Assembly: GCA_035285125.1 (NCBI GenBank) | Contig: JAYKHR010000074.1 | Coordinates: forward strand, 1 to 64,000 | Direction: 5' to 3' | From: Candidatus Sericytochromatia bacterium | Lineage (GTDB): Bacteria; Cyanobacteriota; Sericytochromatia; S15B-MN24; JAQBPE01 | DNA: 64,000 nucleotides | In this document: piece after piece, positions 56,747 through 64,000 of the stretch | Layout of the letters: every line of letters begins with the position of its first letter | Position numbering within the stretch: position 1 is the stretch's first letter | The notes under the pieces: generated by a model | What the model was told of the DNA's origin: nothing | Seen by the model: only the letters and a program-made list of their open reading frames with translations | Database searches by the model: none | Translations under genes and position numbers: made by a program

Positions 56747-58507
56747 ATGAACCCTCGTCGTCTCCCGACCGCAAGCTCGCTCGGCGCCACCCGCCGGCCC
56801 CTCGCCATCTTGGTGCTGGCCTCGGTTCTCGCCGCAAGCGTTGGCTGCGGGGCGAAGGGCGGCTTCTGGGCCCCCAATGGGCGCATTCCGGCAGCCTACG
56901 GCGCCCGCGCCGCGGCCAAGCGGGAAATCCCTGTCACGGCCGGCGTGCCCGACATGGGGCAGCAACCCGTGCTGCCGCGCGACCCGGGGATGGACGGCAA
57001 GGTCCAGTTCAACCTGCTCTACACCAACGACATCCACTCGCGCATCGAGTCGTTCCCGACCAACTTCTACTACTCCTTCTACGCGGGCAAGGGCGGCTTC
57101 AGTCGGATCGCCACCGCCATTCGGGACTTCAAGGCGCGCAACCCCGCCACCCTCGCCGTGGACTCGGGGGACTACCTGCAAGGGACGCCCTATTTCAACT
57201 TTTTCAAGGGCGAGACCGAAATGCGGCTGATGAACGCGTCCGGCTATGACGCCATCACCATCGGCAACCACGAGTTCGACAATGGGGTGGCGGGCCTTCA
57301 CGCCGTGCTGCCTCACTACAAGGGCTCGCTGATCACCACCAACATGACCTTCGACCGCGAGGTGGGCGTGCGCTACGCCGTGAAGCGCGTGGGCAACGTC
57401 CGGGTGGGGATGTTCGCGCTGATCACGGAGGTGAATGGCCTCATCTCCGCACCGGCCTTCCAGGGCGCGCGTTACTACGACCCGATCAAGACGGCCACGG
57501 CAGCCGTTGCCAAGCTCCGCAAGGAAGCGGATGTCGTGGTCGTGCTGTCCCACATGGGCACGGTGCCCCCCTACAGCGAGACCGGGGCCAAGGCCCAGGA
57601 GGCTGAGTTGGAGGCCGACCACGAGGTCGAGGAGGAGCAGATCACGGACGAGGTCGTGGCCCAGCGAGTGCCCGGCATCGACGTGATCGTGTCAGGCCAC
57701 ACGCACGTGATGATCAAGCGGCCGATGGTCGTCCGCAACGCCCTGGGCAAGACGTACATCATCTCGTCGGGGATGGGCGGCGGCTACCTCGGGCAGGCCA
57801 CCATCGCCCTTGAGGCCGGCAAGGTCACCCAGGTCGCCAACACCATGATCCCGCTCACGACTGCGGTCCCAGCGGCGCCAGACATCGAGTCGGTGATCGC
57901 GCCCTACCGGGAGGTCGTGAACCGCACCATCAAGGAGGAGATCGGCGAGGCCGCCAGCACCTTCAAGCGGTACGGCACCAACGATGTGGAATCCAGCCTC
58001 AACAACCTCATCGCGGACGCTTGCCTCGCCGCAGCGCGCAAGGTCAAGCCCGAGACGGCCTTCGCCGTGATGAGCAGCGGCACGCCTCGCAGCCCGCTGC
58101 CCGCCGGGCGGCTCAAGGTTGAAGATTGCTTCTATGCGTTGCCCTTCGACAACCGCGTGGTGCTGATGCACGTGACGGGCAAGCAGGCCCTCGAGATGCT
58201 GACCATCCAGCGCCGACCGACCGACCACAAGCGCCACGCCGTCAGCAACGCCACCTACACCCTGCTTCGCAACGCCGGTCCCATCAAGGATGCCAAGATC
58301 GGCGGGATGCCCCTCGACCCCAACGCCAAGTACTGGGTGGCCGTCAACGACTACATGGCCGACGGCAGCTCCGGTTTCACCATGCTTCCGGGCTCGCCGC
58401 GGGTGAACCTGGACGTACTCCAGCGCGACGCCCTCATCGACCACATCCGTGCCAAGGGCTCGGTGGCTCCGGACCTGGGCCGCATCAAGGTCGCGAACCG
58501 CCCCTGA
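56747..58507 (+). CDS. Bifunctional metallophosphatase/5'-nucleotidase, probable lipoprotein
   Basis: TNDIHS, DSGD, GNHEFD, LSHMG, GHTH, LPFDN; SVGC lipobox-like. Confidence 0.92.
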   Translation: MNPRRLPTASSLGATRRPLAILVLASVLAASVGCGAKGGFWAPNGRIPAAYGARAAAKREIPVTAGVPDMGQQPVLPRDPGMDGKVQFNLLYTNDIHSRIESFPTNFYYSFYAGKGGFSRIATAIRDFKARNPATLAVDSGDYLQGTPYFNFFKGETEMRLMNASGYDAITIGNHEFDNGVAGLHAVLPHYKGSLITTNMTFDREVGVRYAVKRVGNVRVGMFALITEVNGLISAPAFQGARYYDPIKTATAAVAKLRKEADVVVVLSHMGTVPPYSETGAKAQEAELEADHEVEEEQITDEVVAQRVPGIDVIVSGHTHVMIKRPMVVRNALGKTYIISSGMGGGYLGQATIALEAGKVTQVANTMIPLTTAVPAAPDIESVIAPYREVVNRTIKEEIGEAASTFKRYGTNDVESSLNNLIADACLAAARKVKPETAFAVMSSGTPRSPLPAGRLKVEDCFYALPFDNRVVLMHVTGKQALEMLTIQRRPTDHKRHAVSNATYTLLRNAGPIKDAKIGGMPLDPNAKYWVAVNDYMADGSSGFTMLPGSPRVNLDVLQRDALIDHIRAKGSVAPDLGRIKVANRP

Positions 58508-58529
58508 GCGGCCAGAGCCCTCTGAGCAT

Positions 58530-58565
58530 CAAGGCCCCTGCTCCGCAACGGGAGCAGGGGCCTTG
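58530..58565. terminator. 15-bp hairpin between convergent genes
   Basis: caaggcccctgctcc-gcaacg-ggagcaggggccttg. Confidence 0.7.
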
Positions 58566-58602
58566 CCGTGACAGACGGGCGCTGACTGACGGGTCAGCGC
58601 GG

Positions 58603-59448
58603 TCAGAGAATGACCAGCAGCCCCAGCACCGCCACGGTGCCAAGCAGCGTGAGCATGGTGAACCAGGCCCACCAAGGCGTGCGACGCTCCACCTCGGGGT
58701 GCTGCTCCAGTTCCACGAGGCGCTGCCGCGTGTCGTCCAGTTCCCGCTGGTGGCGCCGCTGGGAGGACGTGAGCATGGCGCGCAGGTGTTCGTTTTCGGC
58801 CTCGAGCTTGCCGATCTGGTGCGCGGCATGCGCGTAGCGGTGGGAGAGCACCGTCTCCTGCCGCACGGCATCTGCCACCGCGCGGGCCACGTAGGCCGCA
58901 ATCGCCCCCGCATCCCCCCCGGGCACGGGCGCTGCCGGCACAGCGGGCGGCGCAGCAGGGGCCAGCGGCTTCGGCTTCTCTCCGGCCCTGGGCGCGGCCT
59001 TGCGAGGTCCAGGCTTGGCCCCTGGCTCGGCCTTCCGCGGGGCCACGGTGGGGTCGGGCGCGTCCACGGTGCGCCCGGAGGGCGTGGCGATCCGCGGGGG
59101 TCTCGCCGCGGCCTCGGCCGCCTGCTCTTCCACGGCGCGTTGCGCATTGGCTGTCGGGTCAGCTTGGGGGGAGGCCGCCGGGCGCCCGGACGGGGGGGCG
59201 CTGGGGGGTGGGGGCGGAGAGTCGACCAGCTCCCGGACCATCCGACGGATGGTCTCCATCGAGTGGTTCCGCTCCTTGAGGTCCTTCACCGTTTGCAGCA
59301 CCCCGAGCGCCTCGGGCGTGAGGCGCCACTGGCCGTTCTCGTCCTGCTCCGCTGGATAGGGGATTTGCCCGAGCCAGTAGGAGATGACGTGAACAGGGAT
59401 GCCGAGGGCCTTCGAGGCTTCTGGCGTCGAGAGGCGTTGGTGGCTCAT
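58603..59448 (-). CDS. MerR-like HTH protein with Pro-rich linker, coiled coil and C-terminal TM anchor
   Basis: LSTPEASKALGIPVHVISYW...GQWRL...SMETIRR; C-terminal WWAWFTMLTLLGTVAVLGLLVIL. Confidence 0.7.
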   Translation of the reverse strand: MSHQRLSTPEASKALGIPVHVISYWLGQIPYPAEQDENGQWRLTPEALGVLQTVKDLKERNHSMETIRRMVRELVDSPPPPPSAPPSGRPAASPQADPTANAQRAVEEQAAEAAARPPRIATPSGRTVDAPDPTVAPRKAEPGAKPGPRKAAPRAGEKPKPLAPAAPPAVPAAPVPGGDAGAIAAYVARAVADAVRQETVLSHRYAHAAHQIGKLEAENEHLRAMLTSSQRRHQRELDDTRQRLVELEQHPEVERRTPWWAWFTMLTLLGTVAVLGLLVIL

Positions 59449-59539
59449 TGCGGCTCCGAACCCAATGCTGACCACACGAGCTTACCAGCGTTATGGAGCC
59501 TCGTTCGGTGACGGTGCCCACGTTCTGTCGCTGTCCGCG

Positions 59540-61039
59540 TCAGGCTGGAGCACCGGCCCCCACCAGGGCCGCGCGCGCGACCTCCCGATCGTCGAAGTGG
59601 ACGGTGCGATCCGCGAACACCTGGCTGGTCTCGTGGCCCTTCCCTGCGATGACCACCAGATCACCAGGCTCGGCCTGAGCGAGAGCAAGGCGGATCGCCC
59701 GGGCCCTGTCAGGCTCGGTCAGCGGATCGACCTGCTTCATGCCAAGCAGGATCTCTCGGATGATGGCCCCTGGGTCCTCGGAGCGGGGGTTGTCGGAGGT
59801 CACGATGGCGACGTCCGAGAGCCGAGCAGCCACCTCACCCATCACGGGCCGCTTGGTGCGATCGCGATCGCCGCCGCAGCCGAACACCGTCACCACCCGC
59901 CGAGGCTGCAAGCCCCGGGCGGCTTGCAGCACATTCTCCAGCCCGTCCGGGGTGTGGGCGTAGTCCACCCAGACCGTGAAGGGGTGGCCGGGAGGCGTCA
60001 CGACCTCCACGCGCCCGGGGACCCCGGGAACCCGCGCCAGAGCGGCCGCGAGGGCCTCTATGGGGTGTTCGAGAGCCAACCCGGCGGCAAGCGCAGCCAG
60101 GGCATTGTAGACGTTGAAGCGGCCAGGAAGCGGTACCCGGACGGGCACCTCGGCCCCCTGCCAGTGCGCGATGAAGCGGGACCCCGAGGCATCCGAGACG
60201 ATGTCTGAGGCCCAGAGGGCGGCCCGGTTGCCGGCCTCGATGCCGTAGGTCACCACGGGACAGGCGGCAGCATCGACGAACGCAGGCCCTTGGGCGTCAT
60301 CCAGGTTGACGACGGCCACGCGGGGGGCGATGCCTGTGGCGTCCGCCGTGACCAGGCGACGCTTGGTGGCCGCATACTGCTCCATCGTGCCGTGGTAGTC
60401 GAGGTGGTCCCGGCTCAGGTTGGTGAACACGACGACATCGAACTCGCAGGCGAACACCCTGGCCTGATCGATGGCGTGGGAGGACACCTCCATGGCAATC
60501 GCCTGCGCACCGGCATCTGCCAACCGGCGCAGGACGTCCTGCAGCTCCGGTGCCTGGGGCGTCGTGAAGCCCGTGACGATCTTGTGGCCCCCGAACTCGG
60601 CCCCGAGCGTGCCGAGCAACCCAGTGGGCACCCCGACCTCGTCCAGCAAGGACCGCACCAGGAAGGTCGTGGTGGTCTTGCCGTTGGTGCCCGTCACGCC
60701 GATGAGACGCGCCCGCCGGCTCGGATGACCAGCCAGATGGGCAGCCACCTTGGCCATCGCGATCCGCGTGTCCCGAACAGGCCAGCAAGGCAGGGGGACC
60801 TCACCACCGTACTCTGCCACCCAGGCGCGGCTGACGATGGCCCCGGCAGCGCCCCCGAGCGCGGCCTGCCCCAAGAACTGATGGCCGTCGACGCGCGTCC
60901 CGGGAAGGGCGCAGAAGACGTCGCCGTGGCGGGCCTGCCTGGCGTCGTGCACCACGTGGCGCACCTCCGGGTCAGGCGCCCGGCCCAGCCCCAGAGGGGC
61001 ATCCGAGCCGATCAGGGCCTGAAGCTCGCTGAGCCGCAT
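59540..61039 (-). CDS. murE: UDP-N-acetylmuramoyl-L-alanyl-D-glutamate--meso-DAP ligase
   Basis: GVTGTNGKTT, MEVSSH, DHLDYH, DYAHTPD, SDNPRSE (DAP-type), GKGHE. Confidence 0.96.
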   Translation of the reverse strand: MRLSELQALIGSDAPLGLGRAPDPEVRHVVHDARQARHGDVFCALPGTRVDGHQFLGQAALGGAAGAIVSRAWVAEYGGEVPLPCWPVRDTRIAMAKVAAHLAGHPSRRARLIGVTGTNGKTTTTFLVRSLLDEVGVPTGLLGTLGAEFGGHKIVTGFTTPQAPELQDVLRRLADAGAQAIAMEVSSHAIDQARVFACEFDVVVFTNLSRDHLDYHGTMEQYAATKRRLVTADATGIAPRVAVVNLDDAQGPAFVDAAACPVVTYGIEAGNRAALWASDIVSDASGSRFIAHWQGAEVPVRVPLPGRFNVYNALAALAAGLALEHPIEALAAALARVPGVPGRVEVVTPPGHPFTVWVDYAHTPDGLENVLQAARGLQPRRVVTVFGCGGDRDRTKRPVMGEVAARLSDVAIVTSDNPRSEDPGAIIREILLGMKQVDPLTEPDRARAIRLALAQAEPGDLVVIAGKGHETSQVFADRTVHFDDREVARAALVGAGAPA

Positions 61040-61139
61040 TCATCCTCCTCGCCAGGCTTGTGGTTGGCGGCGCGTCGTGGCCGCCTCGCGTCTGGCGGCA
61101 ATGATACGCCCCCTCACGCCCGCCGGCAATGGATAGGCC

Positions 61140-62195
61140 TCACTCCGCCGGGTGGGACGGCCCCGCGCCGTGGTGCAGGTGCCGCGGCCGACCCGGGAAG
61201 CGGTCGTGGGGGACCTGCTTGAACTGCACGGGCCCCGGGACGCCACGGACCTGGTCAGCGAGGACGGCCACCATCAGGCGCGTCGTGGAGGCCACGAACG
61301 GCAGGCTGAGCGTCGCGAGCGTGTCGGTCTTGCGGTGGTAGTGAGGGGTGGTGTCCTTGCCGACCCACTCCTCACACATCCCGACGGAGGGGAAGCCCTG
61401 CGCCCGGAAGGCGACGTGGTCGGTGTCTCCCGAGTTCGTTCGGACCAGGGGCAGGTTGAGGCCGTGCGTCTCGTTCACCATCTTGTAGTAGTCCCACAGG
61501 TTGCCATCAGGGCGCTCGATCTCGACCGTGCGGTCGTTGTCGGCGTCGTAGCCGATCATATCCGCGGTGTGGACCGCGGCGAGCTTCAGGCCTTGCTTGC
61601 GGAATTCTCGCGCCATCGCCTCGCTGCCGACAAGCCCGAGCTCCTCCTCGTCGAAAAACGCGAACATCAAGTTGACCTTGCGGCCAGGCAGCCCCGCCAG
61701 CACCGTGGCCGCCTCCAGCACCCCCGCCGTGCCGGAGCCATTGTCATCGGCGCCAGCGTTCCGCACGGAGTCCATGTGCGCCCCCACCAGGACCCAGGTG
61801 TCGCTGGGGCTCTCGGCAGCCAGGCGAACGATCATGTTCTCGCCGTTCTGGCGGTAGCGTTGGACCTCCACGGTGTACCCGAGGCCCTGCAGCGTCTCGG
61901 TGATCATCCGCCGCGTCAGCGCGCGCCCCTGCACCGTGCCGCGCTCCGGGATCGACAGCGCCGGGCCCAGTGGGGTGACACCGGTCAGCACCGACAGCCG
62001 CGACCGCAGGCGGGCTTCGTCGACGGCCTGCTCGACGCGCCCCCCGCGGGCCTGGGCGCGCCCACCGTCAGCGGCCCGGCGAAGGCCGGCCACGTTGGAT
62101 CCGGCGGGCCCGCACCCGATGGTGACGGCCAGCAGCAACACGGCGCACGCAAGGCGACCAGGACGGACAAGATGGCGCACGGGGGCATCCTCCAC
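61140..62195 (-). CDS. M28 family peptidase, probable lipoprotein
   Basis: GAHMD, GADDNGSG, DEEELGL, DMIGY, TDH, HYH; TIGC lipobox-like. Confidence 0.88.
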   Translation of the reverse strand: MEDAPVRHLVRPGRLACAVLLLAVTIGCGPAGSNVAGLRRAADGGRAQARGGRVEQAVDEARLRSRLSVLTGVTPLGPALSIPERGTVQGRALTRRMITETLQGLGYTVEVQRYRQNGENMIVRLAAESPSDTWVLVGAHMDSVRNAGADDNGSGTAGVLEAATVLAGLPGRKVNLMFAFFDEEELGLVGSEAMAREFRKQGLKLAAVHTADMIGYDADNDRTVEIERPDGNLWDYYKMVNETHGLNLPLVRTNSGDTDHVAFRAQGFPSVGMCEEWVGKDTTPHYHRKTDTLATLSLPFVASTTRLMVAVLADQVRGVPGPVQFKQVPHDRFPGRPRHLHHGAGPSHPAE

Positions 62196-62228
62196 AAGGT
62201 GCCCCCATGCTAGCAGCTTATCAATAAA

Positions 62229-62243
62229 TTAACCAGCGGTTAA
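62229..62243. promoter_or_regulatory. TTAA-N7-TTAA regulator site upstream of the M28 peptidase
   Basis: TTAAccagcggTTAA; minus-strand TGCTAGCAT extended -10 nearby. Confidence 0.6.
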
Positions 62244-62251
62244 CCAAATTC

Positions 62252-62737
62252 TCACCAGTGGCGCCGCAGGAAGGTCTTCACGGCCTCCCAGCGGCCGCCA
62301 GGCCGGAGGCCCGCCTCGGCGAGCCGCAGGGTGAGCTCCTCCACACGCTGAAGGGCGCGGTCCCGCTCAGCCTCAAGCACCTGCTCGTTCACGCGGCTGT
62401 CCGCGAGGCGCAACTCGAGATCAGACAGCTTTGCGGCCAGGGCCTCACGCTCGGACGCCAGGTGCTTGTTCTCCGTCTCCAGCCGCCCGATCTGGTAGCC
62501 GGCCCGGGCGTAGCGCTCCATCAGGGAGGCGTGCGCCTGCAGGGCCTCGGCCATCCGAGCCATCATCGCCGTGGGCGTGGCCCCCGGGTTGCGCGTCGGA
62601 CGCGCCGCCTCAGGGGGCTGGCCGGCTGCGCAGCTGGCCGCGTCATCGGCCGCGGGCTCGGGAACCAGCGGCGTGATGCGGGTGACCGCCGGACCGGCCT
62701 CGTCGAGGGCGCTGGGGGGGGGGCTGACGTGGTGCAT
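62252..62737 (-). CDS. Coiled-coil hypothetical protein, paralogous in part to 58603-59448
   Basis: Shared RYA.A..QIG.LE.EN.HL motif. Confidence 0.7.
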   Translation of the reverse strand: MHHVSPPPSALDEAGPAVTRITPLVPEPAADDAASCAAGQPPEAARPTRNPGATPTAMMARMAEALQAHASLMERYARAGYQIGRLETENKHLASEREALAAKLSDLELRLADSRVNEQVLEAERDRALQRVEELTLRLAEAGLRPGGRWEAVKTFLRRHW

Positions 62738-62850
62738 GGCAGACTCCGAGCGGGGGCTGGACGGGCGTGGCCGAGCCAGAAGCGCGAGCGAACCCCTCGA
62801 TCCTGCGCGAGCCGGGCGACCGTGTCCGTGATCGGGGTCCCGAATGACAT

Positions 62851-62877
62851 AAAAAAAGCTCGCCTGAGCGAGCTTTT
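62851..62877 (-). terminator. Intrinsic terminator of tRNA-Met
   Basis: Minus strand aaaagctcgc-tcag-gcgagc-ttttttt. Confidence 0.85.
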
Positions 62878-62883
62878 CGGCAG

Positions 62884-62957
62884 TGGCACTGACTGGACTC
62901 GAACCAGTGACACCCCGGGTATGAACCGAGTGCTCTAACCAACTGAGCTACAGTGCC
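62884..62957 (-). tRNA. tRNA-Met(CAT), probably elongator; CCA not encoded
   Basis: GGCACTGTAGCTCAGTTGGTTAGAGCACTCGGTTCATACCCGGGGTGTCACTGGTTCGAGTCCAGTCAGTGCCA folds as a cloverleaf. Confidence 0.95.
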
Positions 62958-62967
62958 GTGAGATGAG

Positions 62968-62995
62968 ATGATACCAGACGGACACGAAGCGTCAA
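62968..62995 (-). promoter_or_regulatory. tRNA promoter TTGACG-16-(TG)n-TATCAT
   Basis: Directly upstream of the tRNA 5' end. Confidence 0.65.
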
Positions 62996-63010
62996 GGTGG
63001 GGGCCGCGCC

Positions 63011-63586
63011 TCACTTCTTGTCCGAGAGGAAGTCGGTCCCCCCAGTGGCCCCCTGGTGACCGGTGATCAGCTTGAGCACCTGGAACAGCATCTTGACCGT
63101 CTGCTGCCCCTCTGCGATCTGGGCGCGCAGGCGCTCCACCTTGGGAGACTCTCCCTTGAGGCGCTCCAGCGCCTTGCGACGCTCGAAGAGCAGCCGGGTC
63201 TGGTAGGCCCGTTCGTCCGAGACGACCTTGTACATGAAGGCCGGGTCCTCCATCTGGGGGATCCGTCGCAGGCCATTGGCGTAGTCCCGCGCCATGGCCA
63301 GCCGCTTCGGGGAGAGTTGGGCCTCCGCGGGCCCGCCATTGGTCAACTGGGAGGTGTCCCGGGCGGCACGAAGTTCGCCCGTCGGCTGCGCCCGCTCCCC
63401 TGCGCTGGACCTGAAGCCATCGGCGGGGAGAGCGGAGGACGGCGTTTTGCGCGCGGGGGCGCCCTGCTCGGGCGCCGCAGGCTTCACGACCTGCTCGACC
63501 GCCTCGCGCAGCTTGCTCAACAGGCCTTTGTTCCTGGGACGCTCACCCACGGTGACCCTTGCCTCCAAGTGCCATGTACCCGCCAC
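63011..63586 (-). CDS. Hypothetical protein
   Basis: Long ORF with helical C-half; start uncertain. Confidence 0.6.
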   Translation of the reverse strand: MAGTWHLEARVTVGERPRNKGLLSKLREAVEQVVKPAAPEQGAPARKTPSSALPADGFRSSAGERAQPTGELRAARDTSQLTNGGPAEAQLSPKRLAMARDYANGLRRIPQMEDPAFMYKVVSDERAYQTRLLFERRKALERLKGESPKVERLRAQIAEGQQTVKMLFQVLKLITGHQGATGGTDFLSDKK

Positions 63587-63647
63587 AGCAATGTGCCGCC
63601 CCGCTGATGGCGAGGCGGCACAGGCCGACGGGCGTCAGGGCTGAGGT

Positions 63648-64000
63648 TCAGCCCTGCTGGTTGTAGATCGCGAGGGCGTAGCGCGTGAGAGGCCCGAGTT
63701 GGCCGTCCTCCTTGAGAGGCGCGATGCCCGCGTCACGGGCTGCCTGGCCGTCCGGCGTCGCCAACCACTGGTTGAACTTCTCCTGGAAGCTCTTGGTCTC
63801 AGCGGGGTTCTTCGGCAGCGCAATGGCGGGTCGAGTCGGGGTCGGAGCCGCAGTCGCCGGGGGCGCGTCAGGGGCGATCCAGTCGGCCACCTCGCGGCGA
63901 GCGTCCTCCTGCGCATCGTCAAGCGCATCGATGGTTCGGTTGTAGCCGTCCTTGACGGTCTTGACGCCCGATTCGACGGCCTCAGCAGTCTCATCGTAGA
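63648..64000 (-). CDS. C-terminal part of a protein with a peptidoglycan-binding-like domain (5' end outside window)
   Basis: Frame open to window end; FQEKFN...LKEDGQLGPLTRYAL resembles the PG_binding_1 DG..GP.T..AL motif. Confidence 0.6.
   Translation of the reverse strand, partial: YDETAEAVESGVKTVKDGYNRTIDALDDAQEDARREVADWIAPDAPPATAAPTPTRPAIALPKNPAETKSFQEKFNQWLATPDGQAARDAGIAPLKEDGQLGPLTRYALAIYNQQG

Noticed and set aside
62884..62957. tRNA-CAT as tRNA-Ile2 (TilS substrate) or initiator tRNA
   Set aside because: G1-C72 pair and no run of three G-C anticodon-stem pairs argue against fMet; the GGTTCATACCC arm resembles elongator tRNA-Met, so proximity to tilS is probably coincidental

Overview
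High-GC (roughly 70%) bacterial chromosomal window made up almost entirely of housekeeping and metabolic genes. I found no mobile element, prophage or CRISPR array. Main content: hemW; two pfkB-family kinases; an acyl-CoA catabolic cluster (hydratase, thiolase, hbd, a fused double acyl-CoA dehydrogenase, meaB) split by a GAF-GAF-GGDEF gene; glgX-glgB; a namZ-aroE-aroC-aroQ-aroKB operon; tmRNA; trmB; eno-pyk-nnr-glpX-lolC/E-rpaB-cutA; tilS-ftsH; murE; and tRNA-Met. Several traits look cyanobacterial (RpaB-like regulator, DUF1997-like protein, tmRNA tag ending RVAAIAA), yet the window has no photosynthesis genes and carries LIAAGGQN-repeat lipoproteins. This suggests a non-photosynthetic cyanobacterial sister lineage such as Sericytochromatia (inference). 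Most interesting signals: (1) a recurring intergenic TTAA-N7-TTAA motif upstream of hydrolase genes, a candidate Pho/CtrA-like regulon; (2) a Gram-positive-type LexA box on the promoter of an uncharacterised, possibly two-OB-fold SSB-like protein; (3) a paralogous coiled-coil pair flanking murE; (4) a tandem acyl-CoA dehydrogenase fusion; (5) degenerate DEAD-box and metallophosphoesterase pseudo-enzymes; (6) a FlgM-like small-gene operon with sigma28-like elements. All calls come from reading the sequence; no database searches were run.
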